Positions 57,501-64,000 of a DNA stretch of 64,000 bases are shown piece by piece (position 1 is the first letter of the stretch; each line of letters begins with the position of its first letter). The notes under the pieces were generated by a model. It saw only the letters and a list, made by a program, of their open reading frames with translations, was not told the DNA's origin and made no database searches. This DNA is from Antedon mediterranea. Lineage: Eukaryota; Animalia; Echinodermata. The stretch covers positions 20,460,001 through 20,524,000 of the forward strand of contig NC_092671.1 of NCBI RefSeq assembly GCF_964355755.1, in the 5' to 3' direction. The translations under genes were made by a program, and so were the position numbers.

Positions 57501-60500
57501 GTTATTGCAATGGTCTTCAGTCAGCCAGCTGTCATTTTGACACACTTGAATAACATAAGTCGTAATTTCACCTACAACATATTTTCACGCTGCTGCTCTA
57601 GCCCGCTACGTCACACGAGATGACTCATTCATTAGATGAAATCAAGCAGCTTTATAGTACTACACTTTGACATTTTTGTTAAAATGGAAACTCCACTATA
57701 ATTTATTGGTACCACCTGTTGAATCCAAGAGAAAAGAGTCTAACGACAAATCCCAAAGCATTCTGGTATTTATGAGTCCCATGATATAATTCGCTGTCAG
57801 ATAATCATTGAATTATTATCAAAACAGTCCATTGAAGTTTTTGTTTGTAATAGGATACTTGAAGTATCTAGGCGTGATGAAGTGACCCCCAGACTTGACC
57901 TTAGCAATAACAATAAGCGAGCAGCGTTTTTTGTAAGAAATATTCTTGTTTAATATCTTACTGTAGGCTCTGTTTCTGCTGAAAAAATCAAAATAATCAA
58001 TTTTTTCCAGTCACCGCAAACCACAAAAATAATCGCGTTGCAATTTAAAATTGCTACGACTTTAATCGGTTATTCAGGTAATCGGTTTTTAAAATCACGT
58101 CATCATTCCCCCACAGCGCAGTTCAAGTTATGAAAGGCCGATGAGAGTTGGTTTGTTTACATCCTACAGTATTGCTGCCTAAAACTCTTACATGTAGGAT
58201 TAAAAATTACTCTTACGTAAAGCTATATTATTTGTAAAATAAACATCTAGGCCTACTACCGTACCACATACAACAGAATAATGATGTTATATTAATACGG
58301 ACACGTCGGCGAGAAAAGTTCGTTTCGCCGTTCATTGGTTCTACCTTCGGCCTGCTAGGCCTATTATATGCTATATTATATTTCTACCGAAACAAGTCAA
58401 CAGACAACAGGCCTAAAAAAGGACATGTAAAACATTGTTAGCCTGGACTGGTGGGATGTAACGGTGTGCATGTAACACGGAATCATGGAGTCTCTCGGTA
58501 TAATTCTCCCCCACAAAATAATAAAAATCAAATGTTTAACATTTGATTGTTATTCGGTCTACATTGCGATCGTTGTTTTGCTGATCGTCATCGATATCGC
58601 GAAAATAAACAGCATGCTTTGTGTGACGTGAAGTTTGCCATACTCTAGAGGTCAAAGTGGGGTAAAAAATCGCTATTTGTGTTGCAGCTCAAAACTGCTC
58701 CGCAATAATCGGTTAAAACAAGAAATAATCGATTAAAACACGCAATGGATTGAGTGTTTTTAATCGGTTATTTTTAATTTTTATTTTGTGCCGTTTCTGC
58801 TGCCCAAAAATAATAATAATCGATTATTTCTGCTCAGCAGATCTTCAGAATTAATGGTGACCTTGATGATTATAATTTATTAAGAAAGCTGATGAAATGT
58901 AGATATAAATTCATATAAAAATGAAGCCTATTGGATGTTGTGATGTTATGAAATGGCCAGTTGAAGTTAAAAAGTAGTTTTTTTCTCTCTTTTTCCCTTG
59001 CCCTTTCTCTCTCTTCTACTACCAAATTTACTTCAAAATCTTATAATTTTTTGCTCAATTCATTATCTTTCGAAATTGTGATCTTCAAATTTATTTTTAC
59101 GTCATCATACCAAAAAATTAGAACATGGTGTGGTTTCCGTAATTTCAGTTTATACAGTAAGTACACTGTACCGTATAGAGTATATATTTTATGACATATA
59201 ATAGGCACCCATCAGCACAATAAGCATATATGCATCAGGTAATAGAATTGCATAAATCAATATTTTGCGGTTATACTGTATTTAACGTACTTTTTTTAAA
59301 ATTAAATCAGTAAAATTATAAAAATATCACCTATGATTCGTCAAAGTGACGAATTAAATTCTAGTTTTTTTTAGTTTTTAATTTAAAGGAAAGGAACACC
59401 CTAATATCTTACCTAACTATTATAAAAGTAACCCTACCAACTTAATATTCAGCACAATTTATGTTTAAATCGGATTTGTAGTTTTCTAGTAAACAGGATT
59501 TTAAAGCTGTTTTCAAGACATTTGAAAATCGCCATCTTGTGCTCATGGCAGCCTGTTTGTGACGTCAGATACGGCCGCCGAAAATTTTAAGATTCGCGGT
59601 TGCATTCGGCGCTTCTATTGGCTAAGCGAATCCGCTAATATGATTGGCTAATAACGCGACATGCGGTCATGCAGGACGGCGATGACACGGTATGAGCATG
59701 CGCTGGCTTGGTAAACAAACCTTCGATCGATCTTTTCTTCTGCAAGCCAATTCGTAAATCTTTCAGATATTGTTAATCTATTGTTACTTTGATTGCCTAG
59801 CTGTTTCAAATGGGATTTGGTAGGGGAATTAACTGGCAAACCTTCCAAACGGAGGCTGTTGGTTGACGATGCAGTGTCTACTTTATTTTCGTTCAACACG
59901 AGTTCTAGGCCTAGTAAGGCATACAGTACAGATACACTGGCCGAAAGTACACCATTCTTCGACGGCTTGTTATGCTCAAGAATGTTCTTCTTCTCTTCTT
60001 TTTTCCTCATCAGCACGACGCAAAACTAACTCTCTTTCTGTATATTCTGGTTCCAAATTTTCTGAATTATAAAAACTCCAAGCCATATTCCGAAAATATT
60101 AGGTATGTTAGGCTATTTAATTGATTTTATTTATGGTTATATCCCGCACTTCCATATTGAAATACTGTACTAAGACGATGGACGCTTGGATTTGCTTGAA
60201 TGCGTCCACCTAATCTGACGTCACATAATTGCTCTTAACCTGTCAAAATGGCGCTGTTCAATTTCCGATATGTTGTCGTTTAAAAGTCTATTTTTTAACT
60301 AAATTGCTTACTATTGTACCTTGAACCATTGTAATCATGTTTTTATTACATTTATCTATAAGCACAGTGGCACATTTAGCCCAGGGTGTTCCTTTCCTTT
60401 AAAGAGAGATTATTTAGAGGGTTAGGTTTTTAATATTTAGGAACAAGTTTTATATTTAGGTACGAGTTTTAGGAATGAAATTTATATTTACCGTACCTTT

Positions 60501-60901
60501 AGTTTTTAGAAGTATGGATACGGTACTCTATTTATCTCTTAGTGTACGTGAATTCTGTAATAAAATTGGTCAATATGTATGAGATATAATTCCGTATTAC
60601 GCCCATTTACTCAGTCAAGCGGATCAGAAGGGTAATATATCCCATATTACCTGTTTGATGTTTCTACGTGCGCGTTGTTTATGTATTGTATTTTTATGGT
60701 TGAGTGCATGCGTAGTTATGACACAAGATACTGTATATATTTGTTTTTTTCTTTGTCTCTTGTCCAATTGCTTATATGTGTACACTAAGAGATAAAATCG
60801 TTGCACCCTACTTGTTCTTACGAAATACGGGAAATATCTACGTTCTGGTTCCACATTCCAATTCGGCCTTTGGCCTCATGGAACATGGAAACAGAACGTA
60901 G

Positions 60902-60950
<49 letters not shown>

Positions 60951-61211
60951 TCTTTATTTTAGCCACGGTGATAAAAAAATAATTGAAGATGGTTTCATAC
61001 TATCACAAGGAGTTATCCGCTATAATGCATAACTAATAATAATTTATATCAAACACATACATGAATTAACAGATAAATACTAGTACTGTACTTACTGTTC
61101 ATCGGTGTTTACCGCTCTCTTTTCGCGAGACTGCATCATCACTTCTTCTACCAAAAATAATAGGCCTACAAGAGCTAGCCCAACGAAGATGTTACACTTG
61201 CTACTATACAT
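3417..61211 (-). CDS. CUBN: Cubilin orthologue, spliced gene span (23 coding exons in window, 1278 codons, 3' end beyond the left edge)
   Basis: Hand-joined GT-AG exons give one open frame: signal peptide, REKR furin site, [16 protein letters not shown] (compare human QPRMATERGNLVFLTG), coiled coil, 8 EGF domains, then tandem CUB domains. This is the diagnostic cubilin order. Confidence 0.95.
3715..3878 (-). CDS. CUBN: CUBN exon 22: CUB6 second half [15 protein letters not shown]...[22 protein letters not shown]
   Basis: CUB motifs; TAG acceptor, GTAGAA donor; 164 nt. Confidence 0.94.
4881..5135 (-). mobile_element. tRNA-derived SINE with CORE/V-like centre and (TAT)n tail
   Basis: Minus strand: A box tggcgcagtg, B box ggttcgaatc, gtaggcaagatacttta core-like motif, tail gcgcttagag...ctatataaat...tattatta. 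Confidence 0.65.
5227..5413 (-). CDS. CUBN: CUBN exon 21: CUB6 first half
   Basis: ORF 5175..5423 [29 protein letters not shown]...CVYDYLEIR; CAG acceptor, GTATTG donor. Confidence 0.94.
5492..5670. mobile_element. PIF/Harbinger-like short MITE
   Basis: Near-palindromic, TIR ggttcccactag, TWA flanks; near-identical inverted copy at 45468-45646. Confidence 0.8.
7084..7703. mobile_element. hAT-like MITE (CAGG...CCTG) with apparent 5-bp TSD TTGTA
   Basis: TIR caggccagtagccag / ctggctacgggcctg; absent from the paralogous Helitron copy. Confidence 0.7.
7165..7480 (+). mobile_element. tRNA-derived SINE with Deu/Nin-like central domain and (TTTCAA)n tail
   Basis: A box tggccgagcgg, B box ggttcgagg, core tcggataaggactataaaccgtaggtcc; a 5' fragment recurs at 19550-19586. 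Confidence 0.75.
10108..10379 (+). mobile_element. Helitron family 2 3' end
   Basis: Hairpin tacccgtc-ttc-gacaggta then CTAG|T; homologous to 56927-57181. Confidence 0.55.
10958..11088 (-). CDS. CUBN: CUBN exon 20: CUB5 end [36 protein letters not shown]
   Basis: CUB motifs; TAG acceptor, GTAAGT donor; 131 nt. Confidence 0.93.
12003..12074 (-). CDS. CUBN: Candidate alternative cassette exon in CUB5: (S)[23 protein letters not shown](R)
   Basis: TTTTTCACAG acceptor, CAG|GTAAC donor, 72 nt, phase 2-2, open in the cubilin frame. Confidence 0.6.
12780..13008 (-). CDS. CUBN: CUBN exon 19: CUB5 first part [16 protein letters not shown]...[21 protein letters not shown](R)
   Basis: CUB motifs; CAG acceptor, GTAATT donor; 229 nt; ends in phase 2. 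Confidence 0.93.
13948..14128 (-). CDS. CUBN: CUBN exon 18: CUB4 second half [51 protein letters not shown]
   Basis: CUB motifs; CAG acceptor, GTAAGT donor; 181 nt. Confidence 0.93.
14408..15825. mobile_element. Foldback MITE with ~300-bp imperfect TIRs
   Basis: 14411-14730 is the reverse complement of about 15495-15822 (gtggcaaggg...cccttgccac). Confidence 0.8.
15850..16031 (-). CDS. CUBN: CUBN exon 17: CUB4 first half
   Basis: [27 protein letters not shown]...CIYDSLK; TAG acceptor, GTGATA donor; 182 nt. Confidence 0.93.
17156..17821. mobile_element. pogo/Tigger-like MITE
   Basis: TA TSD, TIR ccgtactgacgcgggtataagc, subterminal cgggtataagccca repeats. Confidence 0.85.
18197..18359 (-). 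CDS. CUBN: CUBN exon 16: CUB3 second half [17 protein letters not shown]...[18 protein letters not shown]
   Basis: CUB motifs; CAG acceptor, GTAAG donor; 163 nt. Confidence 0.93.
19872..20062 (-). CDS. CUBN: CUBN exon 15: CUB3 first half
   Basis: [30 protein letters not shown]...CVYDYVE; TAG acceptor, GTATGT donor; 191 nt. Confidence 0.93.
20177..22402. mobile_element. Old TIR element (TAG...CTA termini, Academ-like?)
   Basis: tagtctggtggc / gccaccggacta ends plus inverted homology of 20290-20350 with 22295-22355; TSD unclear. Confidence 0.45.
22642..22804 (-). CDS. CUBN: CUBN exon 14: CUB2 second half [17 protein letters not shown]...[17 protein letters not shown]
   Basis: CUB motifs; TAG acceptor, GTAAG donor; 163 nt. 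Confidence 0.93.
23156..23691 (-). CDS. CUBN: CUBN exon 13: CUB1 plus first half of CUB2
   Basis: ORF 23144..23713 with [39 protein letters not shown]; 536 nt. Confidence 0.95.
24095..24281 (-). CDS. CUBN: CUBN exon 12: EGF7/EGF8
   Basis: ORF 24075..24281 ([28 protein letters not shown]); TAG acceptor, GTATGT donor; 187 nt. Confidence 0.93.
24422..24543 (-). CDS. CUBN: CUBN exon 11: EGF6/7 [41 protein letters not shown]
   Basis: EGF pattern; AAG acceptor, GTTGGA donor; 122 nt. Confidence 0.9.
24570..24810 (+). mobile_element. Penelope-like repeat relic between TA-rich tracts with two hammerhead-core fragments
   Basis: gctgcaCTGATGAgatc at 24621 and ttgcaCTGATGAagggctagtgt at 24769. Confidence 0.55.
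25608..25703 (-). CDS. CUBN: CUBN exon 10: EGF5/6 [32 protein letters not shown]
   Basis: Within ORF 25510..25728; CAG acceptor, GTTCGT donor; 96 nt. Confidence 0.9.
27329..27460 (-). CDS. CUBN: CUBN exon 9: EGF4/5 [44 protein letters not shown]
   Basis: DINEC calcium-binding EGF; AAG acceptor, GTAAGT donor; 132 nt. Confidence 0.93.
27627..28048. mobile_element. Kolobok-like MITE family A, second subfamily
   Basis: TTAA TSD, perfect TIR agacactagac, internal homology to 513-1138. Confidence 0.75.
28222..28396 (-). CDS. CUBN: CUBN exon 8: EGF3/4 [11 protein letters not shown]...DVDEC...CSTCPT
   Basis: EGF pattern; TAG acceptor, GTAAG donor; 175 nt. Confidence 0.93.
28752..29256. mobile_element. 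MITE with ~50-bp near-perfect TIRs
   Basis: ttagggaggtttcgcaaccttacgaatacgataacgaaaacggatacgtcacac and its reverse complement; ends 17 bp from exon 7. Confidence 0.85.
29274..29403 (-). CDS. CUBN: CUBN exon 7: EGF2/3 [43 protein letters not shown]
   Basis: EGF pattern; TAG acceptor, GTAAGT donor; 130 nt. Confidence 0.93.
30431..30534 (-). CDS. CUBN: CUBN exon 6: EGF1/EGF2 [34 protein letters not shown]
   Basis: Calcium-binding EGF motif DVNEC; TAG acceptor, GTAAC donor; 104 nt. Confidence 0.93.
30702..31530. mobile_element. Crypton-like non-autonomous element with a 140-bp subterminal hairpin
   Basis: Palindrome 30721-30859 centred on ccgaagcgccagctgagg; tattgactg / cagtcaata ends. Confidence 0.5.
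32386..32573 (+). mobile_element. Mini-Helitron family 1 (A|TC...CTAG|T)
   Basis: Near-identical to 3106-3275 apart from an 18-bp indel; same terminal hairpin. Confidence 0.7.
33103..33204 (-). CDS. CUBN: CUBN exon 5: EGF1 [34 protein letters not shown]
   Basis: EGF cysteine spacing; phase requires the AAG acceptor; GTAATT donor. Confidence 0.9.
33861..33899 (-). CDS. CUBN: CUBN exon 4: 39-nt micro-exon [13 protein letters not shown]
   Basis: TTTCAG acceptor, GTGAGT donor, phase 0-0, continues the heptads. Confidence 0.85.
34107..34295 (-). CDS. CUBN: CUBN exon 3: coiled coil [12 protein letters not shown]...RLSALESQ
   Basis: TAG acceptor, GTAAAA donor, 189 nt, phase 0-0, heptad pattern; overlaps ORF 34035..34238. 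Confidence 0.88.
35065..35369 (+). repeat. 15-bp G-rich minisatellite (ggggtaattgtccta)n, about 20 copies
   Basis: Directly visible tandem array. Confidence 0.9.
37295..38589. mobile_element. Harbinger-like MITE with TTA TSD, carrying a nested pogo MITE
   Basis: TTA|gacccaatttacacttacg ... cgtaagtgtaaatggggtc|TTA. Confidence 0.8.
37599..38375. mobile_element. pogo/Tigger-like MITE family B
   Basis: TA TSD, TIR ccgtatatttcggtgtataagtcgcac; inverted paralogue at 52311-53193. Confidence 0.88.
40140..40300 (+). pseudogene. Highly decayed Penelope-like reverse transcriptase fragment
   Basis: [19 protein letters not shown] resembles the Penelope RT segment GTAMG..APSYANIFMA.FEE. Confidence 0.4.
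41520..43460 (+). repeat. 61-bp tandem array (~30 copies) inside the CMC-like element
   Basis: Unit aacgttgaaataacattgtatttttaactagaaatttacgttaatttatcaatgttgatcc. Confidence 0.95.
44770..45739. mobile_element. Nested TIR element (TAC...GTA, 5-bp TSD AATAT)
   Basis: TIR tacgccgtggttaggatt plus a second inverted block tagggaatccgacacgctattgcgcatgcccagagc. Confidence 0.75.
45468..45646. mobile_element. Harbinger-like short MITE (copy of 5492-5670)
   Basis: Near-identical inverted copy. Confidence 0.8.
46890..47450 (+). repeat. 112-bp tandem array (5 copies) at the right end of the CMC-like element
   Basis: aggcaaac recurs at 46938, 47061, 47173, 47285 and 47397. Confidence 0.9.
49530..49662 (-). 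CDS. CUBN: CUBN exon 2: (Q)[44 protein letters not shown], amnionless-binding N-terminal region
   Basis: TTGCAG acceptor, GTACAG donor, 133 nt, clear similarity to the cubilin N-terminus. Confidence 0.92.
49997..50717. mobile_element. Harbinger-like deletion derivative, possibly with a transposase N-terminal remnant
   Basis: TIR ggtcgtgttcgta / tacgaacaggccc; ORF 50232..50531 has an LLLIDEE..RRK..QG.H..MEELR pattern. Confidence 0.5.
50815..51267. mobile_element. hAT-like MITE with 6-bp TSD GAGTTA
   Basis: Perfect TIR cagacctcccaac; cgggag subterminal repeats. Confidence 0.8.
52311..53193. mobile_element. pogo/Tigger-like MITE family B, second copy
   Basis: TA TSD, TIRs, inverted homology to 37599-38375. 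Confidence 0.88.
55150..55620 (+). repeat. Dispersed ~470-bp repeat; its paralogue at 51965-53310 is interrupted by the pogo MITE
   Basis: Collinear similarity on both sides of the insertion. Confidence 0.8.
55899..56525. mobile_element. piggyBac-like MITE
   Basis: TTAA|ccctttcactgcg ... cgcagtgaagggg|TTAA. Confidence 0.85.
56927..57181 (+). mobile_element. Helitron family 2 3' end, second copy
   Basis: Homology to 10108-10379; hairpin actcgtc-gaa-gacgggt. Confidence 0.5.
58842..59364 (+). mobile_element. Helitron family 1 3' fragment
   Basis: Homology to 2740-3275; same hairpin and CTAG|T. Confidence 0.7.
59387..60398. mobile_element. Kolobok-like non-autonomous element
   Basis: TTAA TSD and perfect 16-bp TIR aggaaaggaacaccct. 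Confidence 0.85.
60905..60951. repeat. (AAT)n microsatellite in CUBN intron 1
   Basis: Directly visible. Confidence 0.9.
61096..61211 (-). CDS. CUBN: CUBN exon 1 (coding part): signal peptide and propeptide [38 protein letters not shown](Q)
   Basis: Hydrophobic core, R-E-K-R furin motif, GTAAGT donor, phase 2 matching exon 2 (CA|G = Gln). Confidence 0.9.
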
Positions 61212-61299
61212 GATGATGATAGGTTACACCTAAATATTCCACTATGTCAATTATTTACTCTAAAAGACATAGATTAATTTTTTTTACAGTTATTGCAGA

Positions 61300-61440
61300 T
61301 TTAAACGTGACGTGGGTAGTTGGGAGAAAACAAAGACACTACCATCCATTCCCAAAAGTCACCACACATTGCCAAAGTAAAGTATTCTGCACTCGTTGGG
61401 AAAGAGTGTGCTGTGCGATTGGTTCGCGCTGATTGGTCAG
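61300..61440 (-). promoter_or_regulatory. Putative CUBN proximal promoter: two CCAAT boxes (61432-61436, 61418-61422) and TGACGTGG (61308-61315)
   Basis: Motifs lie 100-230 bp upstream of the ATG; motif match only, no transcription start data. Confidence 0.3.
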
Positions 61441-61884
61441 CTTATTTTGGAATGTCACATTGGTATTCTCTTTTATTATACTCTATTCATGTTTTTACCT
61501 GCTTTTTATCCACACATTATTAAGCTCTGTCTACACTCTATAAAACTAGTTTGACAACAAAAAAGTGTGATGTGCCCAAATATGGGAGTGATATTCCCAC
61601 ATATGGTAGTGATATAATTTAAAAAAATGTCCATTATGGGATGGGCCACAGTGGGTTTTTCGTGCCCCTAATAAAGTACAAATTAGGGCCTACAGAGAAA
61701 AAAATCATATTTTTGGCCGGTTAGTAATTAAAAAGCAAACTGTTACGTCGACGTACAGTATTTATTTATTATTAATTAGACCATACACAGGTATATTCTG
61801 TGTCTAGGCCTACTATTATCTTATTTCCTTATTTTATGTACATAAAGAGTCGTTATCCAATCGAGTTCGAACAATACCATGAAA

Positions 61885-61956
61885 GCCCCAGTGGTCTAAT
61901 GGTTAGGACATCTGCATATCAAGCAGGCGGCCCGAGTTCGGGTCTCGGTTGGGGCG
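61885..61956 (+). tRNA. tRNA-like cloverleaf, anticodon ATC (nominally Asp); probably a SINE head or pseudogene
   Basis: 72 nt; acceptor gccccag/ttggggc, D arm, anticodon stem tctgc/gcagg, T stem ccgag/ctcgg; T5 run just downstream; non-canonical A32 and T-loop TTCGGGT. Confidence 0.5.
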
Positions 61957-62066
61957 ACTTTTTCTCATTCTCACAGATTTCCTCATCTTTATCGTTTCAA
62001 ATTAATTAATTAAATTTCAGTATATCACCGGGCGGTTTAGAATTAATGTTCTTTGCCTCTTGTGTT

Positions 62067-62264
62067 TATATATATATATATATATAAATCCAAAGGCAAA
62101 TTACTGAAAAAAATGACAATGCTGTGGGTATCAGTGGCTGGATCTCAATGGAGATACAAAAATAAAAAGCGAAAAGCTAAATCAAAACGATAAAGTAAAC
62201 AGCCAGAAAAGTTAGCAGAGCTTTCGGGCAACACTAGCCCTTCATCATATATATATATATATAT
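62067..62264 (-). mobile_element. Penelope-like repeat fragment between (TA)n tracts with a near-complete minimal hammerhead core
   Basis: Minus strand tgatga-a-gggc-tagtgtt-gccc-gaaa-gctc-tgc. Confidence 0.6.
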
Positions 62265-62604
62265 TGTGTGAAATTAGTCACCTTGAAAAATAAGGTAGCT
62301 AGAAAAATATATTCATTGTGTAAACGCGGTATTTCGGTTCTTTTAAAGTTGAAACTATCTTACTTAACCAGGGAACAGTGACTCTTCCCTAACTTAACCA
62401 AACCTGAACTATATAGGCCTTGCGGTCGCCTTTATTGTAATGCCATATACATTTGCCATTTCACCTGAACCGAGGACGGGGTTTGTGTTTTAATTCGCTA
62501 TAATAAAATGCACATCATAAAACCGATTATTGAACTTATGTTATCTCGTACCGGATCCGACAGCTCCAGTTTAATATCGTGTTATAAAAAGATGTTAGTA
62601 TTTG

Positions 62605-62900
62605 ACTGTTATTTATTGGACCATGTTTCATGAGGGTAGCCCATCCAGCAAAGCTGATCAGTGGGGCACTCGACAATACAAACAGTACAAGAATACATTA
62701 TCATAAAATTAAAAAAAATCATCTCCATGGATAACTTATTTGTTTTAAATTTCCTACAGTAGATCGGCGGATAAAGGACGGGAGATTGTTAAGCAAGATT
62801 GGGGTTCTAAGTATAATATAGAATAATATGGATGTCGCGACAGTATGCCTTTATCACAATGTACACTTGTTAGACTCGTTATATTTTAGTACACCGGGAC
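62605..62900 (-). mobile_element. LINE (CR1/L2-like) 3' end with terminal stem-loop
   Basis: Minus strand RTPILLNNLP resembles an ORF2 C-terminus; stem-loop cagctttgctg...gggctaccctc then aataaa; a related terminus lies at 12393-12473 (+). Confidence 0.4.
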
Positions 62901-63090
62901 CTCTTTCTATGCATATGTGCTCTACTGTATACGGACTATAAATGAAAAACCAACATTTAATTTATTAGACGGGCGATTACAAAGAAAACATAGGCTGAAA
63001 TTTTAACAATAGAAATTCACATTTCAAGCTGAAAAATAAGACCACAATGTCCAAAATATTGTGAAGATTTAGTTTAACTTAATTAAAGAG

Positions 63091-63610
63091 TGTACTGTGG
63101 CACTTTGTAATAACCCGTCGCACTTTGTAATACTTGTCGCACTTTTGCAATAATCGTCACACTTTGTACACCTGCTGTCGCACTTTATAATATTTGTCGC
63201 ACTTTGCAATAATCGTCGCACTTTGTAATAACCTGTCGCATTTTGTGATAACTTCTGTCGCACTTTGTAATAACCTGTCGCACTTTGTAATAACTTCGGT
63301 CGCACTTTGTAATAACCTGTCAAACTTTGTAATAACCTGTCGCACTTTGTGATAACTTCTGTCGCACTTTGTAATAACCTGTCGCACTTTGTAATAACTT
63401 CGGTCGCACTTTGTAATAACCTGTCAAACTTTGTAATAACCTGTCGCACTTTGTGATAACTTCTGTCGCACTTTGTAATAACCTGTCGCACTTTGTGATA
63501 ACTTCTGTCGCACTTTGTGATAACTTCTGTCGCACTTTGTAACAAAACTGTCGCACTTAGTAATGACCTGTCGAACTTTGTGATAACTTCTGTCGCACTT
63601 TGTAATAATC
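63091..63610. repeat. 20-22-bp minisatellite (tgtcgcactttgtaataacc)n, about 25 copies
   Basis: Directly visible; the source of the repetitive ORFs 63069-63612. Confidence 0.92.
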
Positions 63611-64000
63611 ATATCTTCTATTATGAATGAATCATTACCGCAATGTTTTCAGAAAAAAAGACAATCCCACGAAGTTGAATATAAATAAAGTATCAAGATA
63701 TTTATGTGCTATCGGTAAACTTCTAAATTGAGTACCAGCCAAAGGCTGGGTATTACAATTATAGTCAGGGTCTTCGTGTATGTTCGACCGTACGTTTTTA
63801 ATGCCCAAAGTGAGATTTCACTTGATTTCACTTTATGGTAGCCTACTAGGATACCAAAAATGCTAGGTAACACATTTTCACGATCCCGTAACCATGGTAA
63901 CAGCCCAAAGTTCAAAATGGCGCACAAATGGCCCTATCTCCGTAACACTAGCAAGATATTGATATCAAATTGGAACATATATATTTATATTCATTGTAAT

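Noticed and set aside
57715-57783. Alternative first exon candidate ([12 protein letters not shown]...)
   Set aside because: It has no signal peptide or furin site and a weak donor; 61096-61211 fits far better.
58841-58845. A|TC as a genuine Helitron 5' end for the 58842-59364 copy
   Set aside because: The junction coincides with the truncated right TIR (tcagcaga) of an adjacent MITE starting near 57966, so it is more likely a deletion breakpoint.
59648-60072. Overlapping 69-122 aa ORFs as a nested gene
   Set aside because: They lie inside a TIR-bounded MITE and show no recognisable domain.
63069-63612. Repetitive ORFs of up to 158 aa (ITKCDRLLQSATE)
   Set aside because: These are translations of a 20-22-bp minisatellite open in several frames, with no evidence of coding.

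Overview
AT-rich eukaryotic (metazoan) DNA. A marine invertebrate such as an echinoderm is my guess from the repeat types, not something the sequence proves. The window is dominated by the 5' part of one minus-strand gene, a cubilin (CUBN) orthologue. I assembled 23 coding exons by hand from the ATG at 61211 down to 3417. All introns are GT-AG and phase-consistent, giving 3834 nt = 1278 codons. They encode a signal peptide with a furin site (REKR), the amnionless-binding and coiled-coil N-terminus, 8 EGF domains, CUB1-6 and half of CUB7; the gene continues off the left edge. The introns are packed with non-autonomous transposons (Helitron, Kolobok, pogo/Tigger, Harbinger, hAT-like, piggyBac, a 6-kb CMC/EnSpm-like element with satellite arrays), tRNA-derived SINEs and LINE/Penelope relics. 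The most notable extras are a candidate 72-nt in-frame cassette exon inside CUB5, split relics of a Penelope-type minimal hammerhead ribozyme, an intact tRNA-like cloverleaf with an ATC anticodon near the promoter, a duplicated coiled-coil stalk and a fused CUB1-2 exon. I see no convincing evidence of a wholly new biological system. Human CUBN comparisons and transposon superfamily assignments are from recall and need database confirmation.
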